This document shows, in pieces, positions 48,942 to 58,688 of a stretch of 64,000 nt of DNA (its first letter is position 1; every line of letters begins with the position of its first letter). The position numbers and the translations under genes are program-made. This DNA is from Obrimoposthia wandeli (taxonomy: Eukaryota). Location of the stretch: NCBI GenBank assembly GCA_977020255.1, contig CDROCS010004085.1:434001-498000 (forward strand). Reading direction: 5' to 3'. A model generated the notes under the pieces. That model was not told where the DNA came from and did no database searches. It saw nothing but the letters and a program-made list of their open reading frames with translations.

Positions 48942-50327
48942 TCAGTGGCTCCTTCGGAAAATAAAGGATTGCTGGAATACATTGTGTTTTGTCTGCGTGA
49001 GCAATTGACTATTGTGTAGCATCAGAATCGATTGAATAATCCTAGTGCCTAAGCCTAATGATCCCGAAGGGGCATTTTGATCGATACGATTACTGATGTT
49101 GATCTCAACCTGATTATGCCGTTTGTTTTTACTCGGCTGAGTAACCGTTAATTCGATGGCTGAGTGACTGGGAGCATGGCGGATCGCATTTTCCAACAAA
49201 TTAGAAAATAGCCGTGATAATAGCTGCCTATCACCTGTTATTGGTGCAATGTCTGCAATATTTAAATTAAGTGAAAGATGTTTTTTTTGAGCATCAATAG
49301 CAATGCTTTCTGTTGTCTCGTAGATAATATCGGCCAGTTTTATCGATTCAAAGTGAGGGGCAGGTTCTGGTTTTTTATCTCTTGCAAGCTGTAGTTGATG
49401 ATGTAACTGAGATGCCAGTTTTTGAGCATTACGATGGGCGGTATCAATCAAAGGGTTTGGCTTTTCAGCTTGAAGTTGCCACGTTTCTAAATAACCTAAT
49501 ACGCTTGATAACGGGGTTTTTAAATCATGGCTAAGTTGCATTAGCATTTCATGGCGAAATGTTTCTTGTTGCTGTAATTGAAGAAATTGCTGCTGAATAT
49601 ATTGCGCCATTTGATAAAACTGTGCCGTAATAGGTTGTAATTCAGGTACTTGTTGTACGAAATCAGGCTGTAAACGGAAGTTATCTTTGGCTTGTAAACG
49701 TAAACGACGGGTGACTGTTTCCATCGGCGTTAGCAGTGAACGTTTCACCATAAAGTAAGTGACCATGCTAAATCCTACGAGTAGAACCAGCGAAGCAATA
49801 AGCACCATTAGTATTGGGCCGTAACTTTCTTGGGCTGTTAGCAAGCTGTGTTTTTCACTGCCGATGACCACATATAAATAACCAATAACTGAACCAAATT
49901 GACTAATCGAGGCAACTGAAAATACCTTTTGTTGTTCGGGTAAGCGAGGGTCGTCGCCTAGAATAGGAAACGGCTTTTCAGCCAGAAATTGTTTGATAGG
50001 AAGAAGGTTTATTTTCCCCATTTGTACTTTGCCTTCTGGGGCGGCATGGCTGCGAATATTACCTTGTTGATCAAGAAAATAAATTTCGAAATCAGGACCT
50101 AATAACATCAGAGTATGAAATATGGATTTTAATGCATCAGGGTTGTAATTCGTGCCTTCCATTAACGGATTATCATCTCGCATGTGGGCAGCTAATTCAT
50201 GATGTAAACCTTGCAGGGTTCGCTGTTCTGTTGTTGCTTGTTGTTGGAAAAACAATGAGCCAATTAATAACGCAGAAAGTGAAAACCATACGCACGTTAG
50301 CAGCAATAAACGTAATTTGAAGTTCAT
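48942..50327 (-). CDS. Sensor histidine kinase with a degenerate ATP-binding domain
   Basis: Two TM segments with a periplasmic domain, SHDLKTPL H-box, NLLENAIRH N-box, SLGLG G2 box; no DxGxG or F box. Confidence 0.88.
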   Translation of the reverse strand: MNFKLRLLLLTCVWFSLSALLIGSLFFQQQATTEQRTLQGLHHELAAHMRDDNPLMEGTNYNPDALKSIFHTLMLLGPDFEIYFLDQQGNIRSHAAPEGKVQMGKINLLPIKQFLAEKPFPILGDDPRLPEQQKVFSVASISQFGSVIGYLYVVIGSEKHSLLTAQESYGPILMVLIASLVLLVGFSMVTYFMVKRSLLTPMETVTRRLRLQAKDNFRLQPDFVQQVPELQPITAQFYQMAQYIQQQFLQLQQQETFRHEMLMQLSHDLKTPLSSVLGYLETWQLQAEKPNPLIDTAHRNAQKLASQLHHQLQLARDKKPEPAPHFESIKLADIIYETTESIAIDAQKKHLSLNLNIADIAPITGDRQLLSRLFSNLLENAIRHAPSHSAIELTVTQPSKNKRHNQVEINISNRIDQNAPSGSLGLGTRIIQSILMLHNSQLLTQTKHNVFQQSFIFRRSH

Positions 50328-50361
50328 GGTGATCCTTCCTTTATTCTGTCATATTGCACAA

Positions 50362-51195
50362 TTAAATCGCCTGAAATTTATAGCCAACCCCCCAAATAGT
50401 GTGGATGTACTTGTGTTCAGAGTGACTGGTTTCCAATTTTGTTCTTAGTCGGTTAATGGTGCTACAAACCGTATGGTGATAGCCCGAAAAGTCGGTATGC
50501 CAAACATGTGTAAGCAGTTCATCTTTGCTATAAACCCGCCCAGGTCTTTTTGCTAAAAAGTGCAGCAAGGTGAATTCTGTGGCTGTTAGATTTACAGGCT
50601 GTTGGTTTACTTCAACTTGGTGAGACTGCGGTTTAATGGCCAGCCCATCAAAACGTAAAATAGGTTCTTGGTTATCGGGTGCGTTATTTAGATCTATGTT
50701 TTGTATACTATCTGAATGATTAGGTTGTGCTTGTTGATCTGAATTCGATGATTTGTTGTGGCTCTCTCTACGTAAAATTGCTCTTATTCTTGCCTGAAAC
50801 TCGAGAACGCTAAAAGGTTTGGTTAAGTAATCATCTGCGCCAGATTCTAAGCCCTCGACTTTATCTTTTTCACTGTCTCTGGCGGTTAGCATCAGTACAG
50901 GTGTCCAATTTTCATGTTGGCGCAGTGTGTGGCAAAGTGTTAAGCCGTCACCATCATCGAGCCCTCTATCTAAGATCATCAGCGAAAATTGATTCTCTTT
51001 AATCAACATATTCGCTTCATTAATGGTGGTTGCACGAACAACTTGATGATTTTGAAGTGTTAAATGCATGCCGATAAGCTCTGCCAGATCGTTATCATCT
51101 TCAACGATTAATATGTTGGAGGGGGCAATTACTTGGTTTGTTTTTGTTATCTCTGCCGCTGTTGTATTTAACATGATCTTTCCCCAGTTATTCAC
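50362..51195 (-). CDS. OmpR/PhoB family response regulator
   Basis: ILIVEDD, ILDRGL, MLTAR, TKPF receiver; winged-helix LTATEF...IHTIWGVGYKF; long polar linker. Confidence 0.93.
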   Translation of the reverse strand: MNNWGKIMLNTTAAEITKTNQVIAPSNILIVEDDNDLAELIGMHLTLQNHQVVRATTINEANMLIKENQFSLMILDRGLDDGDGLTLCHTLRQHENWTPVLMLTARDSEKDKVEGLESGADDYLTKPFSVLEFQARIRAILRRESHNKSSNSDQQAQPNHSDSIQNIDLNNAPDNQEPILRFDGLAIKPQSHQVEVNQQPVNLTATEFTLLHFLAKRPGRVYSKDELLTHVWHTDFSGYHHTVCSTINRLRTKLETSHSEHKYIHTIWGVGYKFQAI

Positions 51196-51228
51196 ACAAC
51201 ATATTGCTCTCGTTGTGCTTTAAGGTGG

Positions 51229-51261
51229 CAGTTACACCATTTTTATCTTCTGGTGTAACTG
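51229..51261. repeat. 11-bp inverted repeat between the spondin genes and the response regulator
   Basis: CAGTTACACCA-N11-TGGTGTAACTG; no U-tract on the minus strand. Confidence 0.75.
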
Positions 51262-51330
51262 ACCGGATAGGAAAAGAATTCTTTCATTGAATAGTAAAAT
51301 TGTCCGATTGGAAAATGCGTTATGCGACAA

Positions 51331-52047
51331 CTATTCTGTACGAGTAATGCTTAACCGTGCGCCAGGATTTAAGAATCGATGGGTTGCGTTTAATACCGAT
51401 GTGGCTAGCCCATCATCAAGGCTAATGATACCTGCATGGAATGAAACCCGGTTAGTATCGTCACGCGCACTATTAAAACCTTCACCACCGGCTGCTGGTC
51501 CGGGTATGCTTGCCGCAGATTCAGTGTTGTTTTCTGTACCTGAATCCCAAACTGCCATGTTCATGTTCAAACTTGTCCCTACAGCTAGCGATGTGAGATC
51601 TAATTGAGTTTTCCCCACAAAACCATCATTGGTATTCACCAACATGCTGGCGACAGATACCAAACTGGCTTGAGTTGAATCTATTGTAAAAGTAATGGTG
51701 TCGCTGTTGCCGGGTAATACAACCCCCGTGCCAGAGAAGCTATAACCGACATTGGTGTTTGTTCCCTTTTCAGCAAGTACCGATGAGTTGTCACCACTTT
51801 CAGCCAATAGTTCTAAACCATCACTTGCTGCTTCACCCACTGAAAATAGGCGATATTGGTCGTTATGTGCTAATACTGCTAGCGGAGAAAGCGGTTGATT
51901 GGGTGTAAGGTTTTTGACGGTAACTGTGTAGCTGCGGGTTGTTTGAGTTGCATCACCATTATCGCCGCCGATGATAATATTATCATCGGCGGGGCAACCT
52001 ACTAACACGCTTACACTGGCTGCAATTGCTATCAGACGGAATTTCAT
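51331..52047 (-). CDS. Spondin_N domain lipoprotein
   Basis: Lipobox VLVG-C; V.NLT..QPLSP...AH, LAESGD, MLVNTNDGFVG, WDSGTENN spondin motifs; GGAGG SD. Confidence 0.85.
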   Translation of the reverse strand: MKFRLIAIAASVSVLVGCPADDNIIIGGDNGDATQTTRSYTVTVKNLTPNQPLSPLAVLAHNDQYRLFSVGEAASDGLELLAESGDNSSVLAEKGTNTNVGYSFSGTGVVLPGNSDTITFTIDSTQASLVSVASMLVNTNDGFVGKTQLDLTSLAVGTSLNMNMAVWDSGTENNTESAASIPGPAAGGEGFNSARDDTNRVSFHAGIISLDDGLATSVLNATHRFLNPGARLSITRTE

Positions 52048-52057
52048 ATCAGCCTCC

Positions 52058-52765
52058 TTATTTAACCGTTACGGTCATTATCGCTACTGGATTTAACCAA
52101 CGGTATGCGCTGCTGTTAATGTCGCTCACACCCCCTGTTGGGTTTGTATCACCAAGATTGCCGGGGTGAATATGTACTTTGTCATTTGTGACTGTGGCTT
52201 CGACACCTGTGCCGCCAGTACCAAACGTAATAAAAGGGGGATTAGGCATACTTGCTGCTAATTCGTCGTTCGCTTCTGTACCAGCATCGTAGCCATTTAA
52301 GTAAACTTTGTAGGTGCCAGGTGTCGATGGAATAACCCAGCTATCAAGCCCGACAAAACCATCGTTAGTGGGTAATAACATGGCTGTCACCGATAGTCGG
52401 TCGAGGTCACCAGTACTTATTGACGTTGTAGCCGCTACACCGGGATTTAGTATGCCACTGGCTGGGTTCTCTATAACGACAGCGCCTGCATTACTGGCTA
52501 AAGAGGATAAACCTGAAATATCACCGCCTTCCGCCATTGCTTCTAGTTCTGCCGATGCGCTAGTACCTGATTCAAATAAATGAACATCAGCACTGTGTGC
52601 AGCAACAAGCAGTGGCGTAAAGTAAATTCCTTTTGTTGCGTTGGTTACTGAAATATCAAGTTCTGCCGCCTGTAAGCCCACAGAACATAAAATAGAGGTA
52701 CTGATTAAAGAGGCTTTTATTATAGAGGGTAAATGCATTGTTGTTTTCATCATCGCGTCCATCAT
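52058..52765 (-). CDS. Secreted Spondin_N domain protein
   Basis: Signal peptide ending LQA; V.NAT..IYFTP...AH, MAEGGD, MLLPTNDGFVG, YDAGTEAND. Confidence 0.85.
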   Translation of the reverse strand: MMDAMMKTTMHLPSIIKASLISTSILCSVGLQAAELDISVTNATKGIYFTPLLVAAHSADVHLFESGTSASAELEAMAEGGDISGLSSLASNAGAVVIENPASGILNPGVAATTSISTGDLDRLSVTAMLLPTNDGFVGLDSWVIPSTPGTYKVYLNGYDAGTEANDELAASMPNPPFITFGTGGTGVEATVTNDKVHIHPGNLGDTNPTGGVSDINSSAYRWLNPVAIMTVTVK

Positions 52766-52777
52766 GTTGTTGGTGAT

Positions 52778-52842
52778 ATTTAAAGCATGACGGATAAATC
52801 TGGCAATCTTCTCGCGAAATTCTCACAAATTCATCACAATTG
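52778..52842 (-). promoter_or_regulatory. Predicted spondin-operon promoter with three 11-bp-period direct repeats upstream of the -35
   Basis: Minus strand: TTGCCA (-35, 52806-52801), 17 bp, TTAAAT (-10, 52783-52778). Plus-strand repeats TCTCGCGAAAT / TCTCACAAATT / CATCACAATTG at 52810-52842. Confidence 0.55.
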
Positions 52843-52918
52843 TTTTTTATTAGAAATCAGCAATATGTAGATTGTTACTGCTATTATTGTTACTTCACCG
52901 CATTGCGTAGAAGATTGA

Positions 52919-53821
52919 ATGAAAACGATTAAAGCTCACTGTATGGTAATACTCGCGACTATCTTGATTGCGGGCTCTTTTCTTGCCTCGAATAATCTAA
53001 CCGGAACGGTTAATCCAATATCGTTGACGTTACTCCGATTCGTCATTGCGACTTTGTGCTTAGCACCTGTTGTATTATTTACGCCAAGATTTCGTAAGCA
53101 AATAATACGTGTATTACCACGCTGTATGGCGATCAGTTTCTTCTATTCTGGTTACTTTATTTGCCTGTTCGAGGCGTTAAAGACAACCACAGTATTAAAT
53201 ACAGGCACGCTCTATACACTAACGCCTTTTATTACCGCCGTGCTGTGTATTTTCTTGTTCAAGATGAAAGTAGGCTTGGTGCAGTTTTTTGCTTACGTTT
53301 TAGGGGCAATTGGCACGTTATGGGTGGTATTTAATGGCAGCCTTAATTCATTGTTATCGTTATCTTTAAATCAAGGTGATTTGATATTTATGCTGGGTGT
53401 CTGTTCAATGTGCGGTTATACCATTGTAATGAAGCTGCTTTATCGAAAAGATAACGTCATTGTTCTTACATTTTGTACGCTTTTGGGGGGAGCATTGTGG
53501 ATGACGATTGCCACAGTGACGCTGGGCATTCCATTACAGTGGGATTTACTACAAGGTAATGCTTTGTTAAGCATGGTGTATTTGGCAATTGGCGCTACAT
53601 TACTGACATCCTATTTATATCAAAAAGCATCCATCGCATTAAATCCAAGCAGTGTTACCGCTTATATCTATATGAGTCCTGCCTGTGTGGCACTTCTAGC
53701 GTTCTTGATACACGGTGAATCTATTTCAACAGTCATTCTATTTGGTATTGCTTTATCAGCCATTGCCACTCTCTTTTTACAGATAATGAATGTAAGAAAT
53801 AGCCACAAATCGGCGCATTAA
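52919..53821 (+). CDS. DMT/EamA family transporter
   Basis: Ten TM segments, LTLLRF.IA, ALKTTTVLNT, SVTAYIYMSP. Confidence 0.9.
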   Translation: MKTIKAHCMVILATILIAGSFLASNNLTGTVNPISLTLLRFVIATLCLAPVVLFTPRFRKQIIRVLPRCMAISFFYSGYFICLFEALKTTTVLNTGTLYTLTPFITAVLCIFLFKMKVGLVQFFAYVLGAIGTLWVVFNGSLNSLLSLSLNQGDLIFMLGVCSMCGYTIVMKLLYRKDNVIVLTFCTLLGGALWMTIATVTLGIPLQWDLLQGNALLSMVYLAIGATLLTSYLYQKASIALNPSSVTAYIYMSPACVALLAFLIHGESISTVILFGIALSAIATLFLQIMNVRNSHKSAH

Positions 53822-53999
53822 GCGTGACTAATGCTGCGATTATTCGCGTTATAAACTGCATATAATCCCAAAAATTAATGTTAGGATGTTTAGCAAGTGA
53901 GGCGCTAGCTCTCAACTTGCGCTTCATTACCCAATAAAAATTGAGCGCTCATAGAGAGTGCCTATCTATTTGATAAAATAAGAATACAAAGAGGTTTTC

Positions 54000-54656
54000 A
54001 TGTCAAAGCTCCGTAATATTCGTATCGATATCGTCTCTGATGTTGTATGTCCGTGGTGTATTATTGGTTTCAGACGTCTTGAAGAAGCTCTGGGTGCATT
54101 TGAAGGAAAAATAAACGTAGAGCTGTATTGGCAACCTTTCCAAATTAATCCTGACATGCCAAGTGAAGGAGAGAATTTAGGCGAGCATCTAGCCAAGAAA
54201 TACGGGCTGACGTCAAAGCAAAGCCAAGCGAACCGTGAAAACTTGATTCAAATTGGGGAGTCTTTAGGTTTTACATTTAACTTTACACCTGAATTTAAAA
54301 TCTATAATACATTTAAAGCGCATCAACTATTACACTGGGCTGCAAAGCAGGGTAGGCAGCATGCATTAAAGTTAGCCCTATTTGATGCCTATTTTACCGA
54401 GCAGAAAGATCCGAGTGATATTGACTTACTGGTAACGGCTGCAATGCAGGTCGGATTAGATGGTGAAGAAGCGCGTGCAGTGTTAACCGATGAACGTTTT
54501 GCCGATGATGTGAAAATGAATCAACAAACTTGGACAAATAGTGGTATTCAATCAGTGCCTTCGATTGTTTTGGATCAGAAATACCTGATTTCTGGAGCGC
54601 AAGATCCTGAAACATTTATTCAGTCGATTCAACAAGTGCTTGATGACGCACGCTAG
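54000..54656 (+). CDS. DsbA family oxidoreductase (FrnE-like)
   Basis: SDVVCPWC.IG, PFQINP, YNTFKAH, SVPS, GAQ. Confidence 0.9.
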   Translation: MSKLRNIRIDIVSDVVCPWCIIGFRRLEEALGAFEGKINVELYWQPFQINPDMPSEGENLGEHLAKKYGLTSKQSQANRENLIQIGESLGFTFNFTPEFKIYNTFKAHQLLHWAAKQGRQHALKLALFDAYFTEQKDPSDIDLLVTAAMQVGLDGEEARAVLTDERFADDVKMNQQTWTNSGIQSVPSIVLDQKYLISGAQDPETFIQSIQQVLDDAR

Positions 54657-54669
54657 GCTCTTTTGGTAT

Positions 54670-54695
54670 AAAAAAGGCCGTTAAAGCGGCCTTTA
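54670..54695. terminator. Bidirectional terminator
   Basis: AAAAAAGGCCG-ttaaag-CGGCCTTT. Confidence 0.8.
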
Positions 54696-54727
54696 ATTTG
54701 CATTGCATTTATAGAGAATGGCTTCTT

Positions 54728-55156
54728 TTAGTATCCGTTCGGATTATCAATTATATAGACCCATCCACCGTTTTGGTACTGCATAACTTCCAGCGCAGTA
54801 CCACTAATCTCACTATTAGCGACTTTCCAATCAGAACGGATTAAAGCAATGTTGCCATTAATATAAATAGACTTTGATAGTGTCAGCATTTCGCTGTCAA
54901 AACTTAAGTATGGCTTGAGTGCTTTAGCTATTTCATCATGCCCTGTAGCAGTATTGCCCTCTACATCAAGAACGTATTTAGCATTTTTAGCAAATAACGT
55001 TTTTAATCCTCCAAGGTTTTTGGCTTGAAAGTATTGAGCGAAAAGAGAATGAAGCTCATCAGGTGATTGTGGTTTTGAATAATTAATAGTTTCATTGGCA
55101 TTAGCGTTAAAAATAAAAATGGATATTGAAATTAGTAGTATCTTAATAGTGTTCAC
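54728..55156 (-). CDS. Exported NTF2/SnoaL-like (DUF4440/YybH-type) protein
   Basis: Signal peptide ending ANA; P.ELH..F..YF, G..ALIRSDW, EV...Q.G.W.Y.IDNPNG. Confidence 0.75.
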   Translation of the reverse strand: MNTIKILLISISIFIFNANANETINYSKPQSPDELHSLFAQYFQAKNLGGLKTLFAKNAKYVLDVEGNTATGHDEIAKALKPYLSFDSEMLTLSKSIYINGNIALIRSDWKVANSEISGTALEVMQYQNGGWVYIIDNPNGY

Positions 55157-55218
55157 GTTTCATTCCTTAACTGTATTAAGCGATGAAGTTACGATACTGA
55201 AATTACAGCCTTGTTACT

Positions 55219-55242
55219 ATTAGTTACCAGAAGGTAACTAAT
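55219..55242. promoter_or_regulatory. Perfect palindrome, candidate HxlR-family operator
   Basis: ATTAGTTACC-agaa-GGTAACTAAT between the divergent genes. Confidence 0.65.
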
Positions 55243-55315
55243 TACCTTTTAGTTAGTAGGGCGTTTTTAACAAGTAAATGATACTTTAGAAAACTAAAAT
55301 GTAGAGGAGAGTAAA

Positions 55316-55663
55316 ATGCGACATGTCACTGCACCTGAAGGGTACTGCAATGTTGATAAATATTTATCGTTGATATCGACGAAATGGACTGCACATATTG
55401 TCTTTTTACTTAATCAGAATGAGGTGATGAGGTTTGGACAAATACAAAAAGAATTAGCATTAGTATCCAGTAAAGTTCTCAGCTCAAGGTTGAAATTATT
55501 GGAAGCAGAACAATTTATCTGGAGAGAGCAGCAAGAAACGGTTCCAATAACGGTCAATTATGGTTTAACCTCGAAAGGAACAGAGTTAGCGGTGATCGTT
55601 AATCAGATAATTTCTAAGTCTGATTCTTGGAACAAAAGTACTCATAATGGTAACAGTATTTAA
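55316..55663 (+). CDS. HxlR/MarR-type winged-helix regulator
   Basis: C.V...L.LI..KW, MRFGQI.K.L..VS.KVLS.RLK.LE, VP..V.Y.LT.KG. Confidence 0.9.
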   Translation: MRHVTAPEGYCNVDKYLSLISTKWTAHIVFLLNQNEVMRFGQIQKELALVSSKVLSSRLKLLEAEQFIWREQQETVPITVNYGLTSKGTELAVIVNQIISKSDSWNKSTHNGNSI

Positions 55664-56138
55664 TCAACGATCTCTGTAATAGTATTATTTTTACTGTAGT
55701 CCTTATGAGATTCCTAATCTAATGAAAATATAGTTATAGGATTGTTAAATAAAATGTGGCAATGCGTGAGGTTAAATTTCAAATAGATTCAGTTTTATTT
55801 TTTAATTAAATGCGAGTGTTAAATTTTCAATATTACATTGAGAAATTGATCTACATAATGTATTTTAATATTCTTTTATTTTCAGTTGCTTACGTATTTT
55901 ATTTCACTTTTTATGTGTATTTATTCTACCTTACGTTCGCTAGTGAAATCACACTATTTATTTAATTTCCGCTGTAGACTACGCCCGTATTAAATTGATT
56001 TATTTTTCTCTCCATGAATAACCCCAAATGACGGTGCTTGTTGGTAAGTTCTTTATCGTTAACAGTCTGAGCGCTATTCATTTTATGCGTGGTTTATTTA
56101 TGGAGGAATTCTTCGTAGGACTGTATTTAAGGGATTGT

Positions 56139-57527
56139 ATGTTATCTATTATTATAGCGTTGATCGTGACAGCTTTTGTCGCGACATTTGTTTTAAAAGG
56201 GTATAAAGCTCAAGCCATTTTGATGGCTGGTGGTATTGTGTTAATGGTCGCAGCCATGTTGATAGGGCAGGACCTACCTTTGCCTGAAAGTGCTTCGACA
56301 GGATCGCAATGGCTCGATGTTTTCCAATTTATTAAAAACACTTTTTCAAGCCAAAGTGCAGGCCTTGGTTTAAAGATCATGGCTATCGCTGGTTTCGCAT
56401 TCTATATGCATGAAATCGGGGCATCAGAAGCATTAGTTCGCGTATTAACCCGCCCATTGGCCCGCATTAAACACATGCCGTATTTATTTATGGCCATGTG
56501 TTTTGTGATTGGTGAATTTCTGTCGATTTTTATTACCAGCGCCTCCGGTTTGGGTGTGCTGTTAATGGTAACGTTATACCCGTTAATGCGCAGCGTGGGT
56601 TTAAGTCGTTTATCGGCATGTGCGCCGATTGCAACGGCTGTGGCGGTAGAAATGGGCCCAGGGCAAGGTAATGTGAATTTTGCTGCTGAAATTATTGGCA
56701 TCGACGTTGTTGATTACGTCGTGCAATATCAAATGGTGGTAGCGACAGCGGCGTTACTTGTGATTGCTGTGCTGCATATTGTGGTGCAGAAGTATTTTGA
56801 TGTACAAAGTGGCCATATTGCCAGCGAGCATCGTCACTTGAATGAGCAATTAGAAACGCACGAGAAGCAATATGAGGGAAATGCACCAGCACCAACGATT
56901 TATGCCATTTTACCCGTCATACCCTTGGTGTTAATTTTTACGTTCAGCAAGTTGATGATCAGTAGCATTAAAATGGACGTGACAACAGCAATGCTGGTAT
57001 CGATTGTACTGACACTTGGTTTTGAGTTTGTTCGTCGTGATAATGCTAAAGCGGTTGTCGATTCCATCCAAATCTTCTTTGATGGTATGGGACGTCAGTT
57101 TGCGAATGTCGTGACATTTATCGTCGCAGGTCAAACCTTTGCACAAGGTTTGAAAACCATCGGTGCGATTGATGTGATCGTGAATGCGGCTGAATCAGCA
57201 GGTTTTGGTCCGATACTGATGACTATCGTGATGGTGGCAATCATCATGGTATCTGCAATTTTAATGGGTTCGGGTAACGCTGCATTCTTCTCGTTTGCCA
57301 ATTTAGTGCCAGAAATTGCAGGAAAGATGGGTATTGCCCCCGTAATGATGTTGCTACCGATGCAGTTTGTTGCAGGTATGAGCCGTAATATTTCACCGAT
57401 TGCCCCTAACATGGTGGCGATTGCAGGGGTGGCAGATGTGTCACCGTTTGAATTGGCGAAACGGACAACTGTTCCTATGCTTGGTGGTATTTTGATTTCG
57501 GTGTTCGTGAGCATAACTAGCTTCTAA
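56139..57527 (+). CDS. dcuC: DcuC family C4-dicarboxylate transporter
   Basis: GLGLKIM.IAGFA.YM..IGAS, LLMVTLYP, FFDGMG.QF, MGSGNAAFFSF; start refined to ATG 56139. Confidence 0.9.
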   Translation: MLSIIIALIVTAFVATFVLKGYKAQAILMAGGIVLMVAAMLIGQDLPLPESASTGSQWLDVFQFIKNTFSSQSAGLGLKIMAIAGFAFYMHEIGASEALVRVLTRPLARIKHMPYLFMAMCFVIGEFLSIFITSASGLGVLLMVTLYPLMRSVGLSRLSACAPIATAVAVEMGPGQGNVNFAAEIIGIDVVDYVVQYQMVVATAALLVIAVLHIVVQKYFDVQSGHIASEHRHLNEQLETHEKQYEGNAPAPTIYAILPVIPLVLIFTFSKLMISSIKMDVTTAMLVSIVLTLGFEFVRRDNAKAVVDSIQIFFDGMGRQFANVVTFIVAGQTFAQGLKTIGAIDVIVNAAESAGFGPILMTIVMVAIIMVSAILMGSGNAAFFSFANLVPEIAGKMGIAPVMMLLPMQFVAGMSRNISPIAPNMVAIAGVADVSPFELAKRTTVPMLGGILISVFVSITSF

Positions 57528-57596
57528 TATGGCTATTTTGTAAGTAGTACATTTAATCTGTCACCACTTTGTTGCCATTCTGCAATTTTCAGATAC

Positions 57597-57625
57597 AAAA
57601 AAGGCCACTCAAAAGTGGCCTTTAA
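57597..57625. terminator. Terminator after guaC
   Basis: AAAAAGGCCACT-caaa-AGTGGCCTTT. Confidence 0.8.
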
Positions 57626-57644
57626 TTACTCGATATTTCCGAGT

Positions 57645-58688
57645 TTATTCTTTACCGTACATGTTGTTTTCTTGCTCTTGTACACGGATAAATGTTGCGC
57701 GCTTTGTTAGCTCTTTAAGTTGCGCCGCACCAACGTATGTACAGGTTGAGCGGATGCCACCCATAATATCTTGGATAGTATTTTCAACAGGGCCGCGGAA
57801 AGGCAATAGCACGGTTTTACCTTCAGCTGCACGGTATTTAGCCACGCCGCCTGAGTGCTTGTCCATTGCGCTTTGAGATGACATTCCGTAGAACTTCATG
57901 AACATCTCGCCATCTTTCTCAATGACTTCACCGTTGCTCTCTTCGTGACCGGCAAGCATACCGCCAAGCATGACGAAATCAGCACCGCCGCCGAATGCTT
58001 TAGATACGTCACCCGCACAAGAACAACCGCCATCACCAATGATACGACCGCCTAGACCGTGTGCTGCGTCAGCACATTCGATGATTGCAGAAAGCTGAGG
58101 GTAACCAACACCTGTTTTAACACGTGTAGTACAAACAGAACCTGGGCCAATACCCACTTTAACAATGTCTGCACCAGCAAGGATGAGCTCTTCAACCATA
58201 TCGCCAGTTACAACATTACCCGCACTGATTACTTTAGTCGGGAACTCAGCACGTACTTTTTGTACGTACTCTACAAGGTGCTCTGAGTAACCGTTTGCAA
58301 TATCAACACAGATAAAGATTAGATCGTCAGTTAACGCCATAATGTCTTTCGTTTTTTGAAAGTCAGCTTCAGACGTACCCGTTGAAACCATTGCGTTATT
58401 AAGTACAGCAGCATCGTTGTTTTTAACGAACCCAGCCCAATCTTCTACCGTGTAGTGTTTGTGAATTGCAGTCATCACATTATGCTTAGAAAGTGATGCC
58501 GCCATTTCAAAACTACCCACTGAATCCATATTAGCAGCAATGATTGGTACGCCAGACCATTGACGACCACTATGTTTGAATGTAAAATCGCGGGTTAATT
58601 CAACTTGAGAACGGCTTTTTAACGTTGAACGTTTTGGACGAAACAGTACATCTTTAAAACCCAATTTCAAGTCTTGTTCGATACGCAT
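57645..58688 (-). CDS. guaC: GMP reductase
   Basis: [44 protein letters not shown]; 347 aa. Confidence 0.98.
   Translation of the reverse strand: MRIEQDLKLGFKDVLFRPKRSTLKSRSQVELTRDFTFKHSGRQWSGVPIIAANMDSVGSFEMAASLSKHNVMTAIHKHYTVEDWAGFVKNNDAAVLNNAMVSTGTSEADFQKTKDIMALTDDLIFICVDIANGYSEHLVEYVQKVRAEFPTKVISAGNVVTGDMVEELILAGADIVKVGIGPGSVCTTRVKTGVGYPQLSAIIECADAAHGLGGRIIGDGGCSCAGDVSKAFGGGADFVMLGGMLAGHEESNGEVIEKDGEMFMKFYGMSSQSAMDKHSGGVAKYRAAEGKTVLLPFRGPVENTIQDIMGGIRSTCTYVGAAQLKELTKRATFIRVQEQENNMYGKE

Noticed and set aside
55846-55859. FNR-like site TTGAT-ctac-ATAAT upstream of dcuC
   Set aside because: Only 8/10 in very AT-rich DNA and about 280 bp from the start; plausible but unsupported.
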